Positions 38,266 through 46,711 of a DNA stretch of 61,030 nt are shown here, piece after piece. Both the position numbers and the translations under genes were made by a program. The notes below the pieces were generated by a model that worked only from the letters and a program-made list of their open reading frames with translations, made no database searches and had not been told where the DNA came from. The DNA is from Bacilli bacterium (GTDB lineage: Bacteria > Bacillota_I > Bacilli_A > RFN20 > CAG-826). The first letter of the stretch is position 1, and each line of letters starts with the position of its first letter. Location: positions 1-61,030 of the forward strand of contig JAFVCC010000037.1 of assembly GCA_017479485.1 (NCBI GenBank), given 5' to 3'.

Positions 38266-38656
38266 CATGTCCGTCCCTCGTCTCGGACCTATTAGGAACC
38301 ATCGACGTCGAAGCTACTTTATATATTTGTATATAACGCGTTCTGGCTAGCCCCGGTCGGTCCACGTCGCGCGATCGTCCTTGTGGCTGGCAAATTGTTA
38401 GGCGTCGTCCGAATCGCGTCCTATGGCTCGAATATGGGCTTCGTCGGAGAGAGCGAAGTTCGTCCTTTCGGAGAGAATGGGCGTCGTCATGGGACACTTG
38501 TTGTCGCAGGACGAACCCGATTCCCCGATTTAGGACAAACCGGATTCACCCCGACGACGAAGCAACCCAGTCACTCGGCATCGGGAAAGAAGTCCACGGA
38601 TCGTGGCAACTCAAATTGAGATTAAGCCGTCCTTAATAATTGGGCGGTTTTCTCTT

Positions 38657-39448
38657 TTAGGACCCCGTGGATTCGTAACGCCTAGCGCATAATGTCCAAA
38701 TCAGCGTGGCGAGCGTGAAGAAGGCGATGGCTACCCCAACGATGATTAAGCTGAGCAAGTAGGGGTTATAGCTTCCATACAACAACGTATCGACCGGCAA
38801 AGAGATAAAGAGCCCAAAGGGGAAGATGAAAATCAGGATAAAGCGGACTGCAGCAGGGAAGATGGCAATGGGGTATTTAGCGTAGATGGTGAAGTTGTAG
38901 ACAATCTGAAGGAGCGGTCCGCTGCGCTTGAAGATAAACGCAAGCGAAGATAACGCGACTTTGAACGAGGTGATGATCAACGCGCCGAATATCGCGCCGA
39001 TAATCAAGACGAACACCGCCCCAAAGGTGACGGATACTTGCAGGTTCAAACCACAGATGACGATCATCGTTACGCCGACGATCACCTCGCCAAAGCCGTC
39101 GGGTTGGAACGTCTCCGCGAACATTTGGAAAATGACGGGGACGGGTCGCAGGAAGTGGCGGTCCATATCGCCAAGTTGAACGCGCCGATACGCCACCAAC
39201 CAGAATTCGTCGCTGAAGAGGTGATCAATGGCAATCGGAAGCATCGAAAAGCCGTAGAAGAAGCCGACTTCCGCGGGGGTATAGCCTTTTAATGAAGGGA
39301 TGACCTGCAAAATGAAGAAAATGGAACATAACGCGCAGGCGTTGGAAATCAAAAAGGAAAGGATGGAAATGACCGCGTCCTTCTTGTATTCGAGGCGGGA
39401 CAGCATGCTGCGCTTGATGCAGGTGAAATAGAGTTTGACGTACCGCAT
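38657..39448 (-). CDS. ABC-2 family permease (DUF990-like)
   Basis: Multi-TM; GDMDRHFLRPVP, AKYPIAIFP. Confidence 0.85.
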   Translation of the reverse strand: MRYVKLYFTCIKRSMLSRLEYKKDAVISILSFLISNACALCSIFFILQVIPSLKGYTPAEVGFFYGFSMLPIAIDHLFSDEFWLVAYRRVQLGDMDRHFLRPVPVIFQMFAETFQPDGFGEVIVGVTMIVICGLNLQVSVTFGAVFVLIIGAIFGALIITSFKVALSSLAFIFKRSGPLLQIVYNFTIYAKYPIAIFPAAVRFILIFIFPFGLFISLPVDTLLYGSYNPYLLSLIIVGVAIAFFTLATLIWTLCARRYESTGS

Positions 39449-39449
39449 G

Positions 39450-40289
39450 CTATCCTCCCTGCACCGTCACGAGTTTTATCGCGTGTTTGAAAAGTAATTT
39501 GCCGAGTAGTTCCAACGCAACGAGCCACGCCAACGCAATCAAAATCACCTTGGCGCATTCGAGGTAGTCGTATTTCATCATCAGAATCAAAACGGGGTTT
39601 TGGCTCATTCCCGCGAAGGGCATGTAGCTGACGATTTCGCGGAAGACGCCCGGAAAGAAAGCGATGGGAAGCAGCGTGCCCGACAAAAAGGAAACCACGG
39701 TTGTCTTCAAGGCGTTAAGGCCCCACGCCGCGGTGGTGTAGAAGCAGAGAATGCCGAAAATGTAGGAGATGGCCCCGTTTAATAAGCAAGCGAGGACGCT
39801 GGCGACTAAGAACAAGGCAAAATGAGCGATGAAATCCCACGCCGAAATCACGGGCAAATATCCGATGCCGATCAATACGCCGAGACTTCCGGCATAAAGA
39901 GGGAGGCCAAAGACGACCGCCATCATCAGGAAGGCCCCAAGGTTCGATGCGATGAACTTGCCTCGATAGGAAATCGGTTTAATCACGAAATTGCCGATCG
40001 TCCCCTCGCGCACATCGCGATTGATGAACCATAATGTGTCGTCATTGAAGGTGATAAACGTGAATATCGTCGTTAAGACGACATAGACGACCATTTCTTT
40101 GTAGGTGAATCCGTTGATGGAGGAATCGATTCCGCCTTCGCTGCTTTGGTAAACCGCGAGCCATAAGAAGACGAGACAGGCGACTTCAAAGACGGTCACG
40201 ATGGCCCAAGTGAGGATGTTAAAGCGATAGGCCATCATGTCCATGGCCGCCGCGCGGGCAAAGGGCTTATATTTTCTTAGCCTTCGCAT
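39450..40289 (-). CDS. ABC-2 family permease
   Basis: Multi-TM; DVREGTIGNFVIKP, FLSGTLLPIAFFP. Confidence 0.85.
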   Translation of the reverse strand: MRRLRKYKPFARAAAMDMMAYRFNILTWAIVTVFEVACLVFLWLAVYQSSEGGIDSSINGFTYKEMVVYVVLTTIFTFITFNDDTLWFINRDVREGTIGNFVIKPISYRGKFIASNLGAFLMMAVVFGLPLYAGSLGVLIGIGYLPVISAWDFIAHFALFLVASVLACLLNGAISYIFGILCFYTTAAWGLNALKTTVVSFLSGTLLPIAFFPGVFREIVSYMPFAGMSQNPVLILMMKYDYLECAKVILIALAWLVALELLGKLLFKHAIKLVTVQGG

Positions 40290-41277
40290 GCTCTTCCTCC
40301 TGTTGAGAGAGAATCTTCTTCACCACGTCTTCGATGGAAATGTCCGCAATTCTCATGTCAATTGCGTGATATTGGGAAAAAGCGTATTGGATGACTTGTT
40401 CGAGCACGGCCTTATCGGCGTCAAAGGAAAGGATGACTTTATCTTCGTCCACGGTCATCGTGACCTCGTCGGAAAAAGGTTTGACCGCATTAGGGTCGAC
40501 GATTGGTGGGACGGTCAACGTTAAGGTTTTGATGTTGCCAAAGCGTCGCTTTATATCTCCTAACGGACCATCATAGATGATTGATCCTTTCTCAATCATG
40601 ATGATGCGAGAGCAAAGGTTTTCGATATCCGCCATGTCATGGGTGGTGAGGACGACGGTGGTGTGGTATTTCGCGTTTAATGCATGGATGGCGTTGCGGA
40701 TTTTGTCTTTGACGAGGACGTCCATGCCAATGGTGGGTTCGTCGAGGAAGAGAATCTTAGGATTGTGGAGCATCGACGCGGCGAGGTCGGCGCGCATTCT
40801 TTGGCCTAAGGAAAGGGTGCGGACAGGTTGATTCATAAATTCATCGATACCCAGGACGGAGGATAAAAAGGTAATTCGCTCTTCGTAATCGGAATCGCTG
40901 ACTTGATAGATTTCTTTGAGAACCTTGAAGGACTCCACCAAAGGGATGTCCCACCATAATTGGGACTTTTGTCCGAAAACGACGCCGATGTCTTTGGCGA
41001 CGATGCGACGCTTAAGATAAGGTTCTTTCCCATCGACGAGGACTTTTCCGGATGTAGGCGTGAGGATGCCACACATCATTTTGATGGTCGTGGATTTGCC
41101 CGCGCCGTTAGAACCGATATAGCCGACAATCTCGCCTTCGGGGATATCGAAAGAAACATCATCGACGGCGCGAGTCTCCGTGTACTTACGGGAAAACAGC
41201 GTAGAAAGCATTCCAATAAGGCCTTTGCCTCTTATTGGCTTACGAAAAACTTTTACGAGGTTTTGGACTTGAATCAT
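40267..41277 (-). CDS. ABC exporter ATPase
   Basis: GSNGAGKS, VVFGQKSQLWWD, LSLGQRMR, LDEPTIGMD; start set at MIQVQN. Confidence 0.9.
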   Translation of the reverse strand: MIQVQNLVKVFRKPIRGKGLIGMLSTLFSRKYTETRAVDDVSFDIPEGEIVGYIGSNGAGKSTTIKMMCGILTPTSGKVLVDGKEPYLKRRIVAKDIGVVFGQKSQLWWDIPLVESFKVLKEIYQVSDSDYEERITFLSSVLGIDEFMNQPVRTLSLGQRMRADLAASMLHNPKILFLDEPTIGMDVLVKDKIRNAIHALNAKYHTTVVLTTHDMADIENLCSRIIMIEKGSIIYDGPLGDIKRRFGNIKTLTLTVPPIVDPNAVKPFSDEVTMTVDEDKVILSFDADKAVLEQVIQYAFSQYHAIDMRIADISIEDVVKKILSQQEEEHAKAKKI

Positions 41278-41565
41278 GGTGGGGTGCTCTTTGGTCGCTT
41301 CATTATACCTTATCAACGGAACAAGATAGAGCTTAGTCGGAGAGAGCGAAGTTCGTCCTTTCGGAGAGAATAGGCGTCGCCATGGGACAGTTGTTGTTGT
41401 GCCAGGACGAGAACAATTCTCCAAGATAATACGAAGAACGTTCTCCCCGAGACACGAAGCAAAAGCGAATTAGACCGTCCCTCTGAGCGGCTTTTTATGC
41501 TTTGGATATGTGGATTATCAATCACAAATCGAAGATAATTAACATGGTTAAGGAGGCTAAATAAA

Positions 41566-42555
41566 ATGAAAAACGAAATACTGATTTATAACCTTCCTGA
41601 TGGCGGGTCCAATGTCGAAGTGTACCTAAACGAAGACGATATTTGGATGACTCAATTAAGCTTGGCCGATATGTTTCAAACGTCAAAAGCCAACATTACG
41701 ATGCATATCCAAAACATATATAAAGAGGGCGAACTTCAGGAAGATCGAACTAGTAAGTGGGGCTTACTACTTCGAGACGAGGGAACGAGGGCCGTAAGAA
41801 GAAAAACCAAACTCTATAATCTCAAAATGATTATTGCGATTGGCTTCCGCACCAAAAGTTCCACCGCGACCGCCTTTCGCGTTTGGGCGAATAATATCCT
41901 CCAACAATACATGGTAAAGGGTTTTGCCATCGATGATAAACGTCTTGAGGACCCAACGAAGTTCGGAAGAGATTATTTTGATGAACTCTATCTTAGAATC
42001 AGGGCAATCCGCGCATCGGAAAAACGTTTTTACCAGAAAGTCTTGGATATTTATTCAACAAGCGTTGATTACAACAAAAACGATGAGCAGACCCTGCTCT
42101 TCTTCAAAACCGTCCAAAACAAATTACATTACGCTATTTCAGGCGAGACGGCGGCGGAACTCATTTATCATCGGGCAGATGCCTCAAAGGATAACATGGG
42201 TTTAACGACTTGGTGGGGCGAGCACGTTCAAAAAAGTGACGTGACGATTGCCAAAAACTATTTGTCCCAAGAAGAAATAGACTCATTGAACCAAATCGTG
42301 AACATGTATTTGGATCATGCGGAAAGAATGGCTCAGTCCAATATCCCGATGCACATGAGCGATTGGATTAACGTCCTGGACGAATTCTTGAAGTTCGAAC
42401 GCGCGGATATTCTTGTGGGGGCTGGGAAAATCTCCCATGCACTAGCGGAACAAAAAGCTCATAAGGAATATGAGAAGTTCGATGCTTCTCGCCAAATTGC
42501 GATGACAGCAAACCTTGATAAAGACCTTTTGGACGTCCTTAAGAAAAAGAAATAA
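41566..42555 (+). CDS. RhuM-family (virulence RhuM) DNA-binding protein
   Basis: IWMTQLSLADMF, IIAIGFR, FRVWA, YMVKGFAIDD, FFKTVQNKLHYA, IAKNYL. Confidence 0.85.
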   Translation: MKNEILIYNLPDGGSNVEVYLNEDDIWMTQLSLADMFQTSKANITMHIQNIYKEGELQEDRTSKWGLLLRDEGTRAVRRKTKLYNLKMIIAIGFRTKSSTATAFRVWANNILQQYMVKGFAIDDKRLEDPTKFGRDYFDELYLRIRAIRASEKRFYQKVLDIYSTSVDYNKNDEQTLLFFKTVQNKLHYAISGETAAELIYHRADASKDNMGLTTWWGEHVQKSDVTIAKNYLSQEEIDSLNQIVNMYLDHAERMAQSNIPMHMSDWINVLDEFLKFERADILVGAGKISHALAEQKAHKEYEKFDASRQIAMTANLDKDLLDVLKKKK

Positions 42556-42560
42556 TCACT

Positions 42561-43259
42561 ATGGATAAGAGAGAGTTAGGGCAAAGACTCAGAGCAATTC
42601 GAAAAAGGAGGGGTTACTCTCAACAGACACTCGCCGAAATGATGGGCTATAAAGATCGTTCCACGCTGGCAAAGGTAGAAAACGGCATAAACGACATAAC
42701 CATTGAAACTTTATATCGATACGCGGATGTTTTAGAAACTGACGTGGAAGAACTTCTCGGGATTAAGAAATCCAGAAAGATAATCCAGAATTGCAAGGTT
42801 TTTAGCTTTGAAACAGAAAAGATTAAAGTAGCGATTCGCGAAATCGAAAAGAAGGATTACCCTGCTGTGGCCTTTATCTGGCGCGAGGTTTTAGATGTTC
42901 CTACAACGGATGATGATTTGAAGAAAACCTATGAGAAGATGAGAGGTGATGACCGTTATCATACGCTGATTGCCGAAGTTGACGGAGAAGCAGTGGGGCT
43001 GGTGACGACGGTATTTAGTTACGCGGTCGGCCATCCCAACGGATATGTCAAAATCAACGGCCTTGGAGTGCGGCAAGAGTATCGACGCAAAGGAATCGGG
43101 AAAGCGTTGCTCGAGGCCGCGGAGCGGGTTGCTATCGACAGCGGCGCCCCATATATCGCTCTTGCGTCTGGCTTTGCTCGCGAAGAGGCACATGCTTTTT
43201 ATGAGGACAGCGGATATCAAAAGACGTCCTATTGGTTTAGAAAGAGATTAAATAAATAA
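42561..43259 (+). CDS. XRE HTH fused to GNAT acetyltransferase
   Basis: SQQTLAEMMGYKDRSTLAKVE; RRKGIGKALL acetyl-CoA motif. Confidence 0.85.
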   Translation: MDKRELGQRLRAIRKRRGYSQQTLAEMMGYKDRSTLAKVENGINDITIETLYRYADVLETDVEELLGIKKSRKIIQNCKVFSFETEKIKVAIREIEKKDYPAVAFIWREVLDVPTTDDDLKKTYEKMRGDDRYHTLIAEVDGEAVGLVTTVFSYAVGHPNGYVKINGLGVRQEYRRKGIGKALLEAAERVAIDSGAPYIALASGFAREEAHAFYEDSGYQKTSYWFRKRLNK

Positions 43260-43469
43260 TCGGCCGCGTCGGGCGATATCGATTCAAGCGAGTGAATTAT
43301 AGCATCTGTCGATTCTGGGCCACACGGGTCGAACATGGGCCCCGTCGGAGAGAGCGGAGTTTGTTCTTTTTCCGAAGAATTGGCGTCGTCATGGGAAATC
43401 TGTAAATAGTCGCTAATATATTATCAAATAACATTGGATATATAGGTAAAAATGCTAAAATATTAGCGT

Positions 43470-43760
43470 ATGGAAGAAGAAGCATTGCAATTTGTCACTT
43501 ACTATGAAAAGCAATTAGAAATTGCGAAACGTTTTATCGTTATTAGAAAGAGTAAAAAGGTATCACAACAGAGATTATCTGTTCTTTCTGGTGTGTCGTA
43601 TGCATCCATCCGAAGATTTGAAAAAACGGGTGATATATCTTTGGCATCATTAGTTAAACTTGCCTTAGCGTTACAACTATATGATGACTTGGATAATTTG
43701 TTTAAAAATCATCTGACTTATAAATCCATTGAGGAAATAATTAATGATCAGAAAGATTGA
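43470..43760 (+). CDS. XRE HTH antitoxin (HipB-like)
   Basis: SQQRLSVLSGVSYASIRRFE; overlaps hipA start. Confidence 0.8.
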   Translation: MEEEALQFVTYYEKQLEIAKRFIVIRKSKKVSQQRLSVLSGVSYASIRRFEKTGDISLASLVKLALALQLYDDLDNLFKNHLTYKSIEEIINDQKD

Positions 43761-44835
43761 GGTTTTTGCCAGCAAAATTAAAGTAGGCACCCTTGCTTTA
43801 ACAAACGATAATAGAGTGGCTTTTCAATATACAGATGAATGGGTAGAAAAAGGATTCTCGATTAACCCATTTAAACTCCCTTTATCGAAGCAACTTTTTT
43901 ATGCAACATCACCGCATTTTAAAGGTCTTTTTGGAGTTTTCGCAGATTCTTTACCAGATAGTTATGGCGAATTATTGTTGGACCGCTATTTGAAAAGAAA
44001 GAATATAAATATTAGTGACTTAACGTGTCTAGATAGACTTGCTTATGTCGGTTGTTCAGGGATGGGGTTATTGGAATATATACCTGATTTCAGTGAAGAT
44101 ACTGATAGAAGCAATATTGATTTTGATGCTGTTCAAAAAGATTGCATCGACCTATTAGATTCAAAAAAAGTCGATAACATTACTAATCTTTTTTCCTTGG
44201 GCGGATCTAGTGGCGGCGCGAGACCGAAATCATTAATTAAATATGATGGCGAGGATTATATTGTTAAGTTCTCTTCCAAATTTGATCCTAAAAACATAGC
44301 TGAACTTGAATTTAAATATATGTCTCTTGCCAAGGAAGCCAGAATTAATATACCTACAATCAAGTTGGTTACTTCTAAATCTGGCAATAAGTATTTTTTG
44401 ATCAAGAGATTTGATCGAGAATCCAACAAGAAGATTCATATGATAAGTGCGGCCGCACTATTAGAAGTCGATTTTAGAGCACCTTGTCTTGATTATAATG
44501 AATTAATAAAACTGACTAGGATAATAACGAGAAATGAAAATGATGTTTTAGAGATGTTCAGAAGAATGGTTTTTAATGTTCTAATTGATAATCAAGATGA
44601 CCACGCTAAAAACTTTTCATTCATCTACGATGGTGTAATCAAAACATATAGGTTATCTCCTGCATATGACATAACTCCGGGCAGGACATATTATGGCGAA
44701 CATACGACATCAGTTAACGGAAAAGGTAAAAATATAACAGACGATGATATGCTTAGGGTCGCGATTAATAACAAAATAAATCTTGCTACCGCACAACGAA
44801 TTATTGAAATGTGTAAATGCATTCTAAATAAATAG
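43744..44835 (+). CDS. hipA: HipA-family kinase toxin
   Basis: FADSLPDSYG, SSGGARPK, IKRFDR, NQDDHAKNFS, LSPAYD; AT-rich DNA. Confidence 0.9.
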   Translation: MIRKIEVFASKIKVGTLALTNDNRVAFQYTDEWVEKGFSINPFKLPLSKQLFYATSPHFKGLFGVFADSLPDSYGELLLDRYLKRKNINISDLTCLDRLAYVGCSGMGLLEYIPDFSEDTDRSNIDFDAVQKDCIDLLDSKKVDNITNLFSLGGSSGGARPKSLIKYDGEDYIVKFSSKFDPKNIAELEFKYMSLAKEARINIPTIKLVTSKSGNKYFLIKRFDRESNKKIHMISAAALLEVDFRAPCLDYNELIKLTRIITRNENDVLEMFRRMVFNVLIDNQDDHAKNFSFIYDGVIKTYRLSPAYDITPGRTYYGEHTTSVNGKGKNITDDDMLRVAINNKINLATAQRIIEMCKCILNK

Positions 44836-44878
44836 GAAACAACAAACCAATAAGACCGTCCATCACTGAGCGATTTTT
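44836..44878 (+). repeat. Terminator-like repeat M2 immediately after hipA stop
   Basis: GAAACAACAAACCAATAAGACCGTCCATCACTGAGCGATTTTT resembles 36811..36852. Confidence 0.7.
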
Positions 44879-44928
44879 AATAACCCCTGTTTGTTGAAAA
44901 AACATAAACAAATTTATATAGATATTTT

Positions 44929-45888
44929 ATGAACGATTCAGCGCCTCTAGCTTTATTGGATGAAAGCCAAATCAAGGACCTTATTTATGAAGTCCGCGGT
45001 CAAAAGGTAATGCTAGATTTTGATTTGGCCAGAATCTATGGTTATGGGACATCTGCTTTTAATCAACAAATTAAGAGGAATTTGGATCGGTTCCCCCAAG
45101 ACTTCTCCTTTCAATTAAGAAAGCAAGAATTTGAGTCCATCTTGCTATCACATTTTGTGACATCAAGTTGGGGCGGGAGAAGGAGTTTGCCGCGCGCATT
45201 TACCGAACAGGGCATATATATGCTCATGACCGTTTTGCATGGCAATCTCGCAATTGAGCAGAGCATAACGCTGATTCGTCTTTTTAGATCCATGAAGGAC
45301 TATATTGCGGAAACACAATCTTTAAGTTCGACCAACGAGGTCCTTGCTTTGACTAACCAAGTACGGGCAAACACGGAGGCTATTGCAAAAGTCGAAGGAA
45401 AACTGGAGATGGTGATGGATAGTTTTATCGACCCGTCCACCTATAAATCCTTCTTAATTATGGATGGCGAGAGAATCGAATCCGACATTGCTTACCAACG
45501 GATTTATTCTATGGCGAAGCAAAGTATTTATTTGATTGACGACTACATCGACGTCAAGACGATCCAGCTGCTCAAACCCTGCGATTCGGGCGTGCGCATC
45601 ATCGTCTTTTCCGACAACAAGGCCAGAAATTCGCTGACCCAGTCGTTCATCGTGGATTTTATTGCCGACCGTCCCGATCTCCATATCGAATTTAAAAAGA
45701 CCAAGGGAAGGTTCCATGACCGCTACGTGATTTTGGATTATCCCGACAAAACCCGGGTCTTCCACTGCGGAGCGTCCTCCAAAGACGGCGGAAACAAAAT
45801 AACAACGATAATGGAAGTGGAGAATCCGGAAGCCTATCTTAATTTGATTTCTGATATTCTCTCAAACGAGGAGCTGATTCTTCCGTGA
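44929..45888 (+). CDS. ORF6N-domain DNA-binding protein with C-terminal extension
   Basis: IYEVRGQKVMLDFDLARIYG, KRNLDRFPQDF, AFTEQGIYML. Confidence 0.85.
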   Translation: MNDSAPLALLDESQIKDLIYEVRGQKVMLDFDLARIYGYGTSAFNQQIKRNLDRFPQDFSFQLRKQEFESILLSHFVTSSWGGRRSLPRAFTEQGIYMLMTVLHGNLAIEQSITLIRLFRSMKDYIAETQSLSSTNEVLALTNQVRANTEAIAKVEGKLEMVMDSFIDPSTYKSFLIMDGERIESDIAYQRIYSMAKQSIYLIDDYIDVKTIQLLKPCDSGVRIIVFSDNKARNSLTQSFIVDFIADRPDLHIEFKKTKGRFHDRYVILDYPDKTRVFHCGASSKDGGNKITTIMEVENPEAYLNLISDILSNEELILP

Positions 45889-46622
45889 AACAATTGAAAG
45901 ACAAGGTCAAAGAAATCCGCAATAGGGAAGGCTTATCCCAAGAAGAAATGGGGAAGAGGGTAGGCTATACCAACCGAGCGAGCATCAACAAAATCGAAAA
46001 CGGCAATGGCGATGTCCCTTTCGATAAGCTGATTGACCTGATAAACGAGTATCTTCTTGAATTAAATGACTTAACGAACAAAGATGTAGTCGAATACTCA
46101 TTACGAGACCTTAAACTGGACGATTGGAAAGAACTGATCGTCGTCTATAAAGACGTCATGTGTGTCCCGTTCTTCAATTCGGATAATTGCCACGGCGATA
46201 TCTTCTATTATTCGACTGAGGAGCGAATGAAGAAGGCAATACGCTTTTGGATAGATTCTACCTCAAAGGGACACTTCGTCCGAAAAGTCATCATAGACAA
46301 CTCGAATAATCGAGCGATTGGAACCATCGAATATTTCATTCGGCAAAACGAGCCGAATTATAATGACGTCATTCTCCTTCGAGTAGATGTGCATCATTAC
46401 TATGAACAAAAGAAGGCACTCGTGAAGATCTTTAGGATCGCAATAAAAGAAGCCTTTTCCGCTTTTGGGAGGCTGCCGTTATTGACGAAAGGGTGGAGCT
46501 ATGCCGTGGAACGAAAAGAAGCTTTGTCCTTCTTGGGCTTCAAAGAGTGTAGCGAACCGCTCATTGGTCACGAAAACGAGTCGTTTCAACACTATTGGCT
46601 GGTCCAAAACAAAGACGTGTGA
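45885..46622 (+). CDS. XRE HTH fused to a GNAT-like domain
   Basis: SQEEMGKRVGYTNRASINKIE; C-terminal fold assignment weaker. Confidence 0.65.
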   Translation: MKQLKDKVKEIRNREGLSQEEMGKRVGYTNRASINKIENGNGDVPFDKLIDLINEYLLELNDLTNKDVVEYSLRDLKLDDWKELIVVYKDVMCVPFFNSDNCHGDIFYYSTEERMKKAIRFWIDSTSKGHFVRKVIIDNSNNRAIGTIEYFIRQNEPNYNDVILLRVDVHHYYEQKKALVKIFRIAIKEAFSAFGRLPLLTKGWSYAVERKEALSFLGFKECSEPLIGHENESFQHYWLVQNKDV

Positions 46623-46711
46623 TTAGCAAACCAATGGCTCGAATATGGGCCTCATCGGAGAGAACAGAGTCTGTTCTTTTTCTGAGAATCGGCGTCGTCA
46701 TGGAACATATT

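Larger units (their letters stand above)
36753..38496. mobile_element. Unit 4 (1744 bp) carrying antiporter: L4 36753-36815, R4 38438-38496
   Basis: TGTGTCAGGAC...GTCATGGGACA; right arm closely matches that of unit 3. Confidence 0.75.
38502..41389. mobile_element. Unit 5 (2888 bp) carrying ABC-2 exporter: L5 38502-38563, R5 41331-41389
   Basis: L5 is 61/62 identical to L3; R5 is 56/59 identical to R4. Confidence 0.75.
41398..43398. mobile_element. Unit 6 (2001 bp) carrying RhuM and XRE-GNAT: L6 41398-41460, R6 43339-43398
   Basis: TGTGCCAGGAC start; right end terminates AAA instead of ACA. Confidence 0.7.
35668..46707. mobile_element. Putative outer composite element, L2 (35668-35732) to R7 (46649-46707)
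   Basis: L2 and R7 are the only ends left unpaired after pairing inner units; L2 starts CGT rather than TGT. Confidence 0.5.

Noticed and set aside
36499-38619. Similar short ORFs read across the repeat arms (GSNMGFVGE on +, SHDD..SLRRSPY on -) as a peptide family
   Set aside because: Copies differ by 1-bp indels (19, 20, 21 bp between the same anchors), so the frame is not conserved.
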